Positions 1 through 9,464 of a DNA stretch of 37,014 nucleotides are shown here, one piece after another. Position 1 is the first letter of the stretch. The number at the start of each line of letters is the position of its first letter. A program made the position numbers and the translations under genes. The notes beneath the pieces are model-generated. The model was not told the DNA's origin and did no database searches. It saw nothing but the letters and a program-made list of their open reading frames with translations. The stretch is from contig VEOV01000011.1 of NCBI GenBank assembly GCA_012026855.1, positions 1-37,014 on the forward strand, read 5' to 3'. The DNA is from Geobacter sp. GTDB taxonomy: Bacteria; Desulfobacterota; Desulfuromonadia; Geobacterales; DSM-12255.

Positions 1-2721
1 AACCTGAACCAGCGCGAGCCGGAGGTCCTGGCCCGGTGGGAAAAGGAGGGTCTCTATGCGGCGATCGAGGCAAACGGCGAGGGGAAGCCGCTGTACGTGC
101 TCCACGACGGCCCCCCGTACGCAAACGGCCATATTCACATTGGCCACGCCCTCAACAAGATTCTCAAGGATGTCATCCTCAAAAGCAAGCGCATGGAGGG
201 CTTCCAAGCCCCTTACGAGCCGGGCTGGGACTGCCACGGGCTCCCCATAGAGCTACAGGTGGAAAAGAACCTCGGGTCGAAAAAGCAGACCATGTCCAAA
301 CTGGAGATGCGTCAGGAGTGCCGCAAATATGCGGAGAAGTTCATTGCCATCCAGAAAGAGGAGTTCAAACGGCTCGGCATTCTCGGCGACTGGGACAATC
401 CCTATCTGACCATGAACTATGAGTACGAGGGGCTGACCGCTGCCGAACTGGCCAGATTCGCCCATAACGGCGGACTTTATCGCGGCCGCAAGCCGGTACA
501 CTGGTGCTCATCCTGCGTTACCGCGCTGGCAGAAGCCGAGGTCGAGTATGCCGACCACACATCTCCTTCGATCTTTGTCAAATTCCGTATCAAGGATGAT
601 ATCTCCGCCGCAATCCCTGCGCTGGCCGGCAAAGAGACCTATGTCGTCATCTGGACGACCACCCCATGGACCATTCCCGCCAACCTCGCCATCGCCATGC
701 ATCCCGAGTTCGATTACGTTGCCCTGCAGACGGAACAGGGGATCCTGATCGTTGCCGAAGGGCTGCGGGAGCAGTTTTTCAAGGCCACCGGCCTGAGCGG
801 CGAGACCATTGCCACCTTCAAGGCAACCGCCCTCTATCGCAAGAACTGCCAGCACCCTTTCTATGACCGCAACTCCGTCATCCTGCTGGGTGATCATGTC
901 ACCCTGGAGGCCGGTACCGGCTGCGTCCATACGGCCCCAGGCCACGGCCACGACGACTATGTCCTCGCTCTCAAGGAAGGGGTCGAGGTTTACAACCCGG
1001 TGGACAATTACGGCAAATATATCGGCAACCTGGAATTTTTCGGCGGGATGTCGGTGCATGCCGCCAATCCGGCGGTTATGGAGAAGCTGACCGAAGTCGG
1101 CGCGCTGATCGGAGCCGGTTCCATCTCCCACTCCTACCCGCACTGCTGGCGCTGCAAGAAACCGATCATCTTCCGCGCCACCGAGCAGTGGTTCATCTCC
1201 ATGGAAGCCAATGACCTCAGGAAGAAATCCCTCGAGGCGATCAATGATGTGGAATGGATTCCCAAATGGGGTCGTGAGCGGATTTACGGCATGATCGAAA
1301 ACCGCCCGGACTGGTGCATCTCCCGTCAACGGAGCTGGGGCGTACCGATCACCGCCTTCTCCTGCACCACCTGCGGCGAATTCATTGCCGACGGCAACAT
1401 CATGGATCACGTGGCGGAGCATTTCAAAAAACATAGCGCCGATATCTGGTTCGACTGGACAGCGGAACAGCTTCTGCCGGCAGGCACCAAGTGCCCTAAA
1501 TGCGGGGCAGCAACCTTTGCCAAGGAAAACGACATCCTCGACGTCTGGTTCGATTCCGGCGTCTCCCACGCTGCCGTCCTCGAACCCAATCCCAAGCTCC
1601 GCTCGCCGGCCGACATGTACCTCGAAGGGAGCGACCAGCACCGCGGCTGGTTCCATTCATCCCTGCTGGAAAGCGTCGGCACCCGCGGCGTGGCGCCATA
1701 CAAAAACGTCCTTACCCACGGTTTTGTGGTCGACGGCTCCGGCCGCAAGATGAGCAAATCGGTCGGCAATGTCGTCGCCCCTGAAGAGGTCATCAAAAAG
1801 TACGGCGCAGAAATCCTCCGCCTCTGGGTGGCTGCCCAGGACTACCGCGACGATATCCGCATCTCCCAGGAGATTCTCACCAGACTCTCCGAAGCGTACC
1901 GCCGCATTCGCAATACCTGCCGCTACATCCTCGGCAACATCAATGATTTCAATCCGGCCACTGACGCGGTCAAGCCGGCCGACATGCCGGAAATCGACCG
2001 CTGGGCGCTGCACCAGCTGGAACTGCTCAAGGAAAAAGTCCTTGGCTCATACGGAGCTTATGAATTCCATGTGCTCTATCACGCCGTCAACAGCTTCTGC
2101 ACGGTGGAGATGAGCGCCTTCTACCTGGACATCCTCAAGGACCGGGTCTACACCAGTCGCAAGGAGTCAATCGAGCGCCGTTCCGCCCAGACCGTCATGT
2201 ACCGCATCCTCGACAGCCTGCTGCGCATCATTGCGCCGGTGCTCTCTTTCACAGCTGACGAAGCCTGGCAGTATCTCCCCGGAGAGCATGAAGCAAGTGT
2301 TCACCTGGCCGAATTTCCTCCGCTTTACCCTGAGCTCAAGGATGATACCCTGGTAGAGCGCTGGGAAAGAATCATGAAGGTTCGCGCCGAAGTGCAAAAA
2401 GCCCTTGAGCAGGCCAGGGTCGCCAAGATCATCGGTCACCCGCTGGATGCCGCTGTCACCGTTGCTGCCGATCCGGAACTGATGGCTTTCCTGGGTGAGT
2501 ACGCCGGACAACTGGCAGAAATCTTCATTGTCTCCAAGGTTGATCTTGTGCCAGATCTTGCCGGAGAAGCCTATGCTGCCGAATCGGTTGCCGGCCTGCG
2601 GATAGCCGTTACAGCTGCACCCGGAACAAAATGTGAACGCTGCTGGTGCTACAGCGAAGAACTGGGGAGCCATGCAGAACATCCTGCGATTTGCCCTAAA
2701 TGCACGGCAGCGGTTGTGTAG
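1..2721 (+). CDS. ileS: Isoleucyl-tRNA synthetase (5' end lies outside the window)
   Basis: Frame 1 is open from base 1 (NLNQREPEVLARWEKEGLY... precedes the listed Met), so the gene is truncated by the window edge. It has the class I HIGH motif (PPYANGHIHIGHALNK) and the KMSKS motif (GRKMSKSVGN). There is a large editing insertion and a C-terminal Zn finger (CERCWCY...CPKC), typical of bacterial IleRS. Confidence 0.97.
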   Translation, partial: NLNQREPEVLARWEKEGLYAAIEANGEGKPLYVLHDGPPYANGHIHIGHALNKILKDVILKSKRMEGFQAPYEPGWDCHGLPIELQVEKNLGSKKQTMSKLEMRQECRKYAEKFIAIQKEEFKRLGILGDWDNPYLTMNYEYEGLTAAELARFAHNGGLYRGRKPVHWCSSCVTALAEAEVEYADHTSPSIFVKFRIKDDISAAIPALAGKETYVVIWTTTPWTIPANLAIAMHPEFDYVALQTEQGILIVAEGLREQFFKATGLSGETIATFKATALYRKNCQHPFYDRNSVILLGDHVTLEAGTGCVHTAPGHGHDDYVLALKEGVEVYNPVDNYGKYIGNLEFFGGMSVHAANPAVMEKLTEVGALIGAGSISHSYPHCWRCKKPIIFRATEQWFISMEANDLRKKSLEAINDVEWIPKWGRERIYGMIENRPDWCISRQRSWGVPITAFSCTTCGEFIADGNIMDHVAEHFKKHSADIWFDWTAEQLLPAGTKCPKCGAATFAKENDILDVWFDSGVSHAAVLEPNPKLRSPADMYLEGSDQHRGWFHSSLLESVGTRGVAPYKNVLTHGFVVDGSGRKMSKSVGNVVAPEEVIKKYGAEILRLWVAAQDYRDDIRISQEILTRLSEAYRRIRNTCRYILGNINDFNPATDAVKPADMPEIDRWALHQLELLKEKVLGSYGAYEFHVLYHAVNSFCTVEMSAFYLDILKDRVYTSRKESIERRSAQTVMYRILDSLLRIIAPVLSFTADEAWQYLPGEHEASVHLAEFPPLYPELKDDTLVERWERIMKVRAEVQKALEQARVAKIIGHPLDAAVTVAADPELMAFLGEYAGQLAEIFIVSKVDLVPDLAGEAYAAESVAGLRIAVTAAPGTKCERCWCYSEELGSHAEHPAICPKCTAAVV

Positions 2722-2741
2722 AATATGTTATATTTGGAAAT

Positions 2742-3254
2742 ATGATGAAAACGAACCGAGCTATTTTAGCGATAATCCTGACGCTGGTCATTGTCGTAGA
2801 CCAGCTGACCAAGCTCTATATCGACCGGACGATGCAACTCTACCAGTCATTTCCGGTGATTGACGGGCTGTTCAGCATTACCTACCTGCGCAACAAGGGT
2901 GCGGCTTTCAGCTTCCTGTCCGATGCCAGTTGGCGGCTGCCGTTCTTCATTCTTGCGACGGCAATTGCTGTAGTCGCCATACTGGTCGCTTTCGCGAAAC
3001 TGCGCGCTGACCAACGTTTTGCAGCCTTTTCCCTGACACTCATCCTTGCCGGCGCAATCGGCAACCTCATTGACAGAGTGCGCATGGGGGAAGTTATCGA
3101 TTTTCTCGATGTCTACTGGAAGAGCCATCACTGGCCGGCGTTCAATGTTGCTGATTCGGCCATTTGTGTTGGCGTTGCCATGCTGGCGCTGGACATGTTT
3201 CTTGAAGAGCGGCGTATTAAAAAATCCGGAGATGAGCCGTCGTGCCCCGCCTGA
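2742..3254 (+). CDS. lspA: Lipoprotein signal peptidase (signal peptidase II)
   Basis: Start taken at ATG 2742 (MMKTNRAIL), 21 nt after the ileS stop; the listed 2700 start would overlap ileS. The protein has four hydrophobic helices. It carries the SPase II motifs LRNKGAAFSF, GNLIDR and FNVADS. ileS-lspA is a classical linkage. Confidence 0.9.
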   Translation: MMKTNRAILAIILTLVIVVDQLTKLYIDRTMQLYQSFPVIDGLFSITYLRNKGAAFSFLSDASWRLPFFILATAIAVVAILVAFAKLRADQRFAAFSLTLILAGAIGNLIDRVRMGEVIDFLDVYWKSHHWPAFNVADSAICVGVAMLALDMFLEERRIKKSGDEPSCPA

Positions 3255-5116
3255 CAGGCCTGCTGACAGCGCCTCTGCTTAGAGCTGTCTTGCGAACTGC
3301 TCTGCTTTTCTCATTTTTTTTGCTGCTGACAGTGCCAGCCCTGGCAGAAGAAAGAACTGGCAGCCCCTCCGTATTAATCCTCGACTCCTATCATCACAGC
3401 TACACCTGGTCAGACCGGGAGCTTGACGGCATTATCGAAACCCTGTCAGCATCCGGTCTTAAACCGGAGATCCATGTCGAGTTCATGGATAGTAAGAATT
3501 TCCCGAAAAATGAGCATTTCGAGCAGCTCAGCGCCCTTTTCGCCGTCAAATACGGCAAGAACAGACCCTCCATAATAATCGTGCTCGACAACCCTGCCTT
3601 TGAATTTGCCATCAGCTACAGAAAAGCGCTTTTTAACAACATTCCGATTGTATTCGCCGGCTTGAATGACTATGAACCGGCCATGCTCAAGGGAGAAACA
3701 GCTGTAACCGGCGTAGTTGAAAAACAGGACCTGATCGGCACGGTAAAACTGGCACAGCTCATTCAGCCAGACCTTAAAGAGGTCGTTGTCCTGCACGACT
3801 TCACAAGCTCCGGACTTGCCTCGCGCAAGGAAGCAGAAGAGCAGTTTGTTACCCTCTCCGGCGGCATCAAATTTCGCTACCTTCCGGACATGCCTATTGA
3901 GAAGATAGTAGCAACGATCAAGGAGTTAAAGCCCGGCACCGCACTGCTCCCCTTTTCATACAGCCGGGATTTTGACGGCAAAATCTTTACCCATGCCGAA
4001 CTGACCAAACTTCTGGGTGACAACTCAGCGGTGCCGGTTTACGGCACAAAAGTTGAGCGGCTCGGTTATGGCATCATTGGCGGCAATCTGCTTGAAGGCA
4101 AGAGTCACGGGGCACAGGGAGCAGCCCTGGCGGTGCGTATCCTGCGCGGGGAGCAGGCATCCGCTATTCCGGTGATCGCTGAACCGAAAAGCAGTACCAT
4201 GTTCGACTACAATTACCTGAAAAAGTTCAGGATAAAGCTGGATTCGCTCCCGCCGGACAGTACGATTATTAACCGTCCGCCAGGCCTTTACAAGGAGCAC
4301 GCCCTGGTCATCAATATCTCCGGTGGCATAATTCTGCTGCTCTCAGGCAGTCTTGCTTTCATTATCTACTTCAACAGAAAACGTCTTGCTGCGGAGGAAG
4401 CCCTGATCATGGCTGAGCGGGGCAAAACCCGGCTCCTTGAAGCCGCCAACAGCGAAATGGAGTCGTTCTGTTATGCCGTGTCGCACGATCTGCAGGCGCC
4501 ATTACGTCATATAAACTCCTTTTGCACCATACTCGGCGATGAGTATGGCGATCGGCTTGACGGCGAGGGGAATGGCTATCTGGAACGGATGAAAGCAGCA
4601 ACCGTAAGAATGGGCAATCTCATTCGTGATCTGCTCATGCTGTCACAGGTTGCCCGCGGGGAACTGAGCCGGCAGGAATTCGATCTGGGAGTTGTCGCCA
4701 GAACTGTTTTTGATGAACTGCAGCAGCACGACAAGGATCGTATGGTCAAAATCACCATAGATAAAGGCATGACAGTTGCCGCTGATCTGAAACTTGTCAG
4801 GGTGGCACTGGATAATCTGCTGAGTAATGCCTGGAAATATACTTCAAAACGGGCTGATGCCGCGATTCACCTCGGCTTCAGGGATGAGGATGGGCAGAGA
4901 ATCTTTTTTGTTGCTGATAATGGTGCCGGGTTCGACATGCAGTATGCCGAGAAGCTGTTTGCACCATTTCAGCGACTGCACTCCGAGAGTGAGTATGAGG
5001 GGAGCGGTGTCGGCCTGGCAACTGTTCAGCGGATTGTCAACCGGCATGGCGGCCAGATCCGTGCGGAAGGGGCTCCGGACGGAGGAGCAACTTTCTTTTT
5101 CACGCTTCAGCCATGA
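3242..5116 (+). CDS. Sensor histidine kinase with a periplasmic ABC-substrate-binding-like domain
   Basis: GTG start overlaps the lspA 3' end by 13 nt. An N-terminal signal/TM segment (ALLFSFFLLLTVPALA) precedes a ~300-aa extracytoplasmic domain that starts VLILDSYHHSYTWS, a pattern I associate with PBP-type sensor domains. A second TM follows (ISGGIILLLSGSLAFIIYF). Kinase boxes are present: H-box SHDLQAPLRHI, N-box LLSNAWKYT, G1 DNGAGFD, G2 GSGVGLA. No response regulator gene is adjacent. Confidence 0.85.
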   Translation: MPRLTGLLTAPLLRAVLRTALLFSFFLLLTVPALAEERTGSPSVLILDSYHHSYTWSDRELDGIIETLSASGLKPEIHVEFMDSKNFPKNEHFEQLSALFAVKYGKNRPSIIIVLDNPAFEFAISYRKALFNNIPIVFAGLNDYEPAMLKGETAVTGVVEKQDLIGTVKLAQLIQPDLKEVVVLHDFTSSGLASRKEAEEQFVTLSGGIKFRYLPDMPIEKIVATIKELKPGTALLPFSYSRDFDGKIFTHAELTKLLGDNSAVPVYGTKVERLGYGIIGGNLLEGKSHGAQGAALAVRILRGEQASAIPVIAEPKSSTMFDYNYLKKFRIKLDSLPPDSTIINRPPGLYKEHALVINISGGIILLLSGSLAFIIYFNRKRLAAEEALIMAERGKTRLLEAANSEMESFCYAVSHDLQAPLRHINSFCTILGDEYGDRLDGEGNGYLERMKAATVRMGNLIRDLLMLSQVARGELSRQEFDLGVVARTVFDELQQHDKDRMVKITIDKGMTVAADLKLVRVALDNLLSNAWKYTSKRADAAIHLGFRDEDGQRIFFVADNGAGFDMQYAEKLFAPFQRLHSESEYEGSGVGLATVQRIVNRHGGQIRAEGAPDGGATFFFTLQP

Positions 5117-5375
5117 AGCGAAACCGGCCCGACGAAAGGTGGCCGACCGATGGCACCTTTGTGGTTAGTCTGTCGATCTGCAGCTCAGAATCCTCCAGCG
5201 CCTCTACCAGAGCATGTCTGCCAGTCAGATTCCCTGAAGAACCGCGTGCTGCCAGCAGATAATCAACACCGTTGCCGGTCGTTATCCAGAGAGCGCCGCT
5301 CAGGCAACGGAGCAGGTTTTCGCCACTACAGAGTTCAATTTTAATTAATTCCCCTTTTTTCAGTTCACATTTCAT
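5100..5375 (-). CDS. Small DUF2917-like protein
   Basis: This 91-aa ORF is divergent from the MocR gene. The pattern KGELIKIELCSGENLLRCLSGALWITTGNGVDYLLAARG...ALVEALEDSELQI fits my recollection of the DUF2917 family (...G.lW.T..g..D..L..G...). Its 3' end overlaps the kinase stop by 17 nt. The family assignment is from memory, not from a search. Confidence 0.55.
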   Translation of the reverse strand: MKCELKKGELIKIELCSGENLLRCLSGALWITTGNGVDYLLAARGSSGNLTGRHALVEALEDSELQIDRLTTKVPSVGHLSSGRFRFMAEA

Positions 5376-5414
5376 TGGATGCCCCCTGGTTAACTCAGCA
5401 GATTTACATGAACT

Positions 5415-5522
5415 CTATACCTTCCCTATACATGAGTACAGATACAAAAAATAACTTTTGTTACCATAACAATTTACTGTAAACTAAACTGTACTCGTCA
5501 AATCCAGGAGCAATTGTATCTG
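5415..5522. promoter_or_regulatory. Repeat-rich divergent control region between the DUF2917 and MocR genes
   Basis: Direct repeat CTATAC at 5415-5420 and 5426-5431 (11-bp period). Direct repeat ACTGTA at 5476-5481 and 5488-5493. Inverted repeat GAGTACAG (5434-5441) / CTGTACTC (5489-5496). Inverted repeat CAGATACAA (5439-5447) / TTGTATCTG (5514-5522). All were read directly from the sequence. A role as the MocR operator is inference. Confidence 0.35.
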
Positions 5523-5586
5523 TTTCCTTTTCTGCGAGAGCATTATGCTCAGCTTGCCTCACCACTAAAGCAGCACGGAGATGTTC

Positions 5587-7011
5587 ATGGGCAGAACCGA
5601 CGGAGAGCTTCTTTATGAGAAGGTCGGCAATGAGATAACCAGAATGATTGAAGGGGGCACCTACCGGCCAGGCGACCGGCTGCCTTCCATCCGGCAGCTG
5701 AGCAGCCGGTTCGGTGTGAGCATCAACACTGCCATGCAGGCTTACGCCGGGCTCGAGGACCGCCACATCATAGAGGCACGACCCCAGTCAGGTTACTATG
5801 TCTGCGCCAGGGCGCCGGAAATAGTTGATGACCCCCTGCCACGCAGCGACAGGATGGCGCCGGCTGAAGTTACCATCAGTGACCTTTGCCAGCAGATCAT
5901 CAGGAATATGACCAATGACTCACTGCTGCCACTCGGCAGCGCCATTCCGCACCATTCACATCTGCCGGTCGAAAAACTGAGCCGAATCATGGCGTCCGAA
6001 CTCAGGATGCACGGCAAACAGAGCATCAGTTACATGATGGCGCCGGGTTGTGAACGGTTGAGAAAACAGATTGCCAAGCGCTCCATCCTGACCGGGGTCA
6101 GCGTCAGGCCAGATGAAGTCCTGATAACTTCCGGCTGCGTTGAAGCGGTGCTGCTGGCTCTGCGGGCCACCTGCCGCGCCGGCGACACAATTGCGGTTGA
6201 ATCCCCCTTCTATTTCAACTTCCTGCAGCTTGTGGCTGAAATGGGGCTCAAGGCCCTGGAAATTCCGTCAACTCCCCGCGAAGGCATCAGCCTGGAGGCG
6301 CTCCGTTATGCCATCGAGCAGAATAAAATCAGCGCCTGCCTGGTAATACCCAACTTTGGCAACCCTCTTGGCAGCCTGATGCCCGACGAAAAGAAGCAGG
6401 AGCTGGTCTCGCTCCTGGCAGAACATGAGATACCACTTATAGAAGACGATATTTACGGCGATCTGGTGTTCGGCAATGACCGGCCGATTGCGGCCAAAGC
6501 CTTCGACCGGAAGGGGCTGGTCATCTACTGTTCATCGTTTTCCAAGACAATCGCCCCGGGTTACCGGGTCGGCTGGATCATCGGCGGACGCTTTCAGAAA
6601 GAGATTGAGCGGCTGAAAATGATGATCAACCTGGCAACCTCGTCACCTACCCAGCTGGCTCTGGCCGAGTTTCTTGCCACCGGCGGCTATGATCATCATC
6701 TGCGCTCGATCCGGCGCATCTATGCACGAAACATGTCCCGCATGACCGAACTTATCGCCAGACATTTTCCTGAAGGGACCAAGATTACCAGACCCAAAGG
6801 GGGCTTCATCCTCTGGGTGGAAATGCCCCGTGACGTTGACGCCCTGAAGCTCTATCACGAAGGTCTTGAGCATGATATAAGCATCACTCCCGGGCCGCTT
6901 TTTACCCTGACCAACAAATTCGGCAACAACATCAGGCTGTCCGCTGCCTATATGGATGAACAGGTCGAAAGAGCCATAGAGACCCTTGGCAGGCTGGCCA
7001 CCAGGAGATAG
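5587..7011 (+). CDS. MocR-family transcriptional regulator (GntR-type HTH fused to a PLP aminotransferase fold)
   Basis: N-terminal winged HTH (YRPGDRLPSIRQLSSRFGVSINTAMQAYAGLEDRHIIEARPQSGYYV). It is followed by a fold-type I aminotransferase domain with a PLP-lysine context (CSSFSKTIAPGYRVGW). Start set at ATG 5587 because GGAG lies 6 nt upstream; ATG 5581 is an alternative. Confidence 0.88.
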   Translation: MGRTDGELLYEKVGNEITRMIEGGTYRPGDRLPSIRQLSSRFGVSINTAMQAYAGLEDRHIIEARPQSGYYVCARAPEIVDDPLPRSDRMAPAEVTISDLCQQIIRNMTNDSLLPLGSAIPHHSHLPVEKLSRIMASELRMHGKQSISYMMAPGCERLRKQIAKRSILTGVSVRPDEVLITSGCVEAVLLALRATCRAGDTIAVESPFYFNFLQLVAEMGLKALEIPSTPREGISLEALRYAIEQNKISACLVIPNFGNPLGSLMPDEKKQELVSLLAEHEIPLIEDDIYGDLVFGNDRPIAAKAFDRKGLVIYCSSFSKTIAPGYRVGWIIGGRFQKEIERLKMMINLATSSPTQLALAEFLATGGYDHHLRSIRRIYARNMSRMTELIARHFPEGTKITRPKGGFILWVEMPRDVDALKLYHEGLEHDISITPGPLFTLTNKFGNNIRLSAAYMDEQVERAIETLGRLATRR

Positions 7012-7013
7012 CC

Positions 7014-7772
7014 ATGTTCATTGATAGCCACTGCCACCTTGACCTGCCGCCGCTGGCTGAAGAGCTGCCATCGGTCCTGCAGCGCGCCGCTGCAGCCGGA
7101 GTCTCCGGCTTCATCTGCCCGGGTGTGGCTCCTGCCGGGTGGCAGGCAATAGCTGCAACGGCCGCGAGCAATGAAGCCATCCATCCGGCCTTCGGCATAC
7201 ACCCGCTACAGGTTGATGAGGGGTCTGCCTTTTTCCTTGAACAGCTGGCAACCTGTCTGGCTGGAGCAACAGCTGTCGGCGAAATCGGCCTTGATTACTG
7301 CCATGGCAAAGAAAACAGACTTCTGCAGCAGCTGCTGTTCAGAAAGCAACTGCAACTTGCCAGAAAACTATCACTGCCGGTCATCATCCACTGCCGCAAG
7401 GCTTTTGCCGACACCCTGGCCATATTCGGTGCAGAGTCCCAAGGTCAGCTGCGCGGTGTCATGCACGCCTTTTCCGGCAGCGCCGAGACCGCCTGTGAAG
7501 CTATCAGGCTTGGGCTGCTGATCGGCGTGGCCGGCCCAATAACCTGGGAGGAGGCGGTCAAACCGGCGCAGATGCTCAAGGCCGTGCCGCTGGAGAAAAT
7601 TGTTCTCGAAACTGACGCACCCGATCTTTCTCCGCAGCAACACCGGAACATGAGCAACGAGCCGGCCTTTATCAGAGAAATTGCCGGCAAAGTAGCAGAG
7701 CTCAAGGGCATATCTGTCGAACAGGTTGCCCGGGTTACATCACTAAATGCCAAGAGGTTATTCAATGTCTGA
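7014..7772 (+). CDS. TatD-family metal-dependent hydrolase
   Basis: MFIDSHCHLD is the N-terminal His-x-His metal site of TatD/YcfH-type hydrolases. Conserved GEIGLDY, IIHCR and ETDAP motifs are present. The gene starts 2 nt after the MocR stop. Confidence 0.9.
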   Translation: MFIDSHCHLDLPPLAEELPSVLQRAAAAGVSGFICPGVAPAGWQAIAATAASNEAIHPAFGIHPLQVDEGSAFFLEQLATCLAGATAVGEIGLDYCHGKENRLLQQLLFRKQLQLARKLSLPVIIHCRKAFADTLAIFGAESQGQLRGVMHAFSGSAETACEAIRLGLLIGVAGPITWEEAVKPAQMLKAVPLEKIVLETDAPDLSPQQHRNMSNEPAFIREIAGKVAELKGISVEQVARVTSLNAKRLFNV

Positions 7773-8541
7773 ACAGCATAAATTTTCCAGAACCGAGCTT
7801 CTGATAGGGAAAGAGGGCTTGGCTGCTCTCAAAGAGGCTTCAGTCTGTGTCTTCGGACTGGGGGGTGTTGGCAGTTACACGGCAGAAGCCCTCTGCCGCG
7901 CCGGTGTCGGCAAACTGACCCTGGTGGATTTCGATGATATCTGCATTACCAATATCAATCGCCAGCTGCACGCTCTGGACACGACTGTCGGCAGATGCAA
8001 GAGTGAGGTCATGGCAGAACGGTTGCGGCTGATTAATCCGGCTGCCCGGATCGTCCCCCGCAAGGAGTTTTACAGTGCCGACAACAGTGCACAGCTGCTC
8101 GGGGAAACCTTTGATTATGCCGTTGATGCCATTGATCATTTCACCAGCAAGATTCACCTGCTGAAAAGCTGCCGCGAGCGGGATATCCCGGTCATCTCCA
8201 GCATGGGTGCCGCCATGAAGCTTGACCCGACGCTTATCCGGGTTGCCGACATCTCGGGAACATCCCGCTGCCGCATGGCGCGCTCGGTGAGAAAACTGTT
8301 GCGCGCTGAAGGGATAGAGAAGGGCATCAAGGTAGTATATTCCCTGGAAGAGTTCCGCAAACCGACTGCCGAGGGGGGCTGCAAGAGCAACTGCGTCTGC
8401 CCGAACAGGGGTGACCAGATTTTCTCCTGCGAACACCGTCGTATTATCCTTGGCAGCATCTCCTTCATACCGTCAATCTTCGGCATGACCATGGCCGGCG
8501 TAGTTGTCAACGATATCATCAAAAAAAGTTGCCCTGCTTGA
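7765..8541 (+). CDS. tcdA: tRNA threonylcarbamoyladenosine dehydratase (ThiF/E1-like)
   Basis: VCVFGLGGVGSYTAEALCRAGVGKLTLVDFDDICITNINRQLHAL closely matches the TcdA/CsdL N-terminal Rossmann region. Start at ATG 7765 (MSEQH) follows an AGAGG motif and overlaps the TatD stop by 8 nt. The listed 7747 start is less likely. Confidence 0.85.
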   Translation: MSEQHKFSRTELLIGKEGLAALKEASVCVFGLGGVGSYTAEALCRAGVGKLTLVDFDDICITNINRQLHALDTTVGRCKSEVMAERLRLINPAARIVPRKEFYSADNSAQLLGETFDYAVDAIDHFTSKIHLLKSCRERDIPVISSMGAAMKLDPTLIRVADISGTSRCRMARSVRKLLRAEGIEKGIKVVYSLEEFRKPTAEGGCKSNCVCPNRGDQIFSCEHRRIILGSISFIPSIFGMTMAGVVVNDIIKKSCPA

Positions 8542-8596
8542 ACTTGGATGATTTGACGTTATACTAACACCATTAAAGGAACCTAGGAGGGCTATC

Positions 8597-9094
8597 ATGG
8601 GAAGAGAATATCAACTGCAAGAGGCGCTGAAGCTGGCTATCAAGGGTGAAAAGGATAGTATTGATTTCTATCGCAAGGCGGCTTCCATTGCCACCAACGA
8701 GAGGGCTAAAAAGGTTTTCGAGTTTCTTGCCAACGAAGAGGTCGGGCACCTGAAGTCATTTTTTGATCATTTCAAAGGGGGAGAGTTCGGTAATCTTGAG
8801 ACCTATATGAAAACTCCGCCAGACCTCGAAAACCTGACTTACAAGGCACTACTCAAGGCTGTCGGCAACGGCACCTATGAACAGCAGGCTCTTGAAATTG
8901 CCATGAAAGAAGAAAAGGCTGTTGTTGATCAATACACTGTGCTGGCCAAAGATATTGTTGATCCACTGGTGAAGGGGATTTTCGAGCGGGTCGTCAAGGA
9001 AACCCAGGGGCATTACGACATGATCGAAGATGAATACATGCACCTGATGGGGATGGTGGATAAAACTGACATGGATACTTTCGTCCGGGAGTAA
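8597..9094 (+). CDS. Ferritin-like / rubrerythrin-family diiron domain protein
   Basis: Strong RBS (GGAGG 7 nt upstream). The protein is predicted helical and has two E-x-x-H type motifs (LANEEVGHL; KETQGHYDMIEDEY), as in rubrerythrin or ferritin-like four-helix bundles. Confidence 0.75.
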   Translation: MGREYQLQEALKLAIKGEKDSIDFYRKAASIATNERAKKVFEFLANEEVGHLKSFFDHFKGGEFGNLETYMKTPPDLENLTYKALLKAVGNGTYEQQALEIAMKEEKAVVDQYTVLAKDIVDPLVKGIFERVVKETQGHYDMIEDEYMHLMGMVDKTDMDTFVRE

Positions 9095-9120
9095 CCGCAA
9101 TATAAATGCTTTTGCTGCAA

Positions 9121-9149
9121 GGGTGCTGTGTCGACAGCACCCTTTTTTT
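9121..9149 (+). terminator. Intrinsic terminator after the ferritin-like gene (possibly bidirectional)
   Basis: GGGTGCTGT (9121-9129), loop GTCG, ACAGCACCC (9134-9142), then TTTTTTT (9143-9149). On the other strand the hairpin is preceded by an A-tract, so it could also terminate the candidate minus-strand ORF ending at 9148. Confidence 0.75.
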
Positions 9150-9450
9150 ATCTCCTCAACTCCAGCAGCATGCCGTTGCCAGCGGCTTTGACAATGCAGC
9201 CGGAAAAGCCGCGTCGCTTGACATTCCAGAGCAGGGCAGGGGCTGCCAGCATCAGTACATTGGCAAAGGTCACCCGGTATACATCAGCGGCAGATATGGA
9301 AGAAAACCGCTCTATTACCGCTTTGAAGTCTTTTGCAGATATGGTGATGCCACTTTCCGGAGAGGGACCACCGCCCCCTGAAACACCTCTGGCGGCTAGT
9401 GCGGCGCTGATTAAACAGATTGTCGAATAAACCCTGTTGATGCTTGACAT
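9148..9450 (-). CDS. Hypothetical protein (weak call; coding strand ambiguous)
   Basis: This 100-aa ORF ends exactly at the hairpin and is divergent from the methyltransferase gene. A 100-aa ORF on the + strand (9128-9430) covers the same DNA. By my hand count, third-position GC is about the same for both. I recognised no family. Confidence 0.3.
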   Translation of the reverse strand: MSSINRVYSTICLISAALAARGVSGGGGPSPESGITISAKDFKAVIERFSSISAADVYRVTFANVLMLAAPALLWNVKRRGFSGCIVKAAGNGMLLELRR

Positions 9451-9464
9451 GCATAGAGTTTATC

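Noticed and set aside
508-1656. 382-aa ORF on the minus strand, antisense to ileS
   Set aside because: It lies entirely inside a confidently identified ileS reading frame. The translation is Gly/Ala/Arg/Pro-rich and low in complexity, typical of shadow ORFs in GC-rich DNA. I recognised no motif.
8544-8566. Fur/PerR-box-like AT-rich sequence (GATGATTTGACGTTATACT) upstream of the ferritin-like gene
   Set aside because: It matches the 19-bp Fur consensus at only about 8 of 19 positions by hand alignment. That is not distinguishable from chance in an AT-rich promoter.
9148-9450. Possible SCP2 sterol-carrier-like similarity of the minus-strand 100-aa ORF (ITISAKDFKAVIE...)
   Set aside because: The resemblance is limited to a short hydrophobic pattern. 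The conserved glycines of the SCP2 C-terminal motif and the N-terminal half of the domain are absent.
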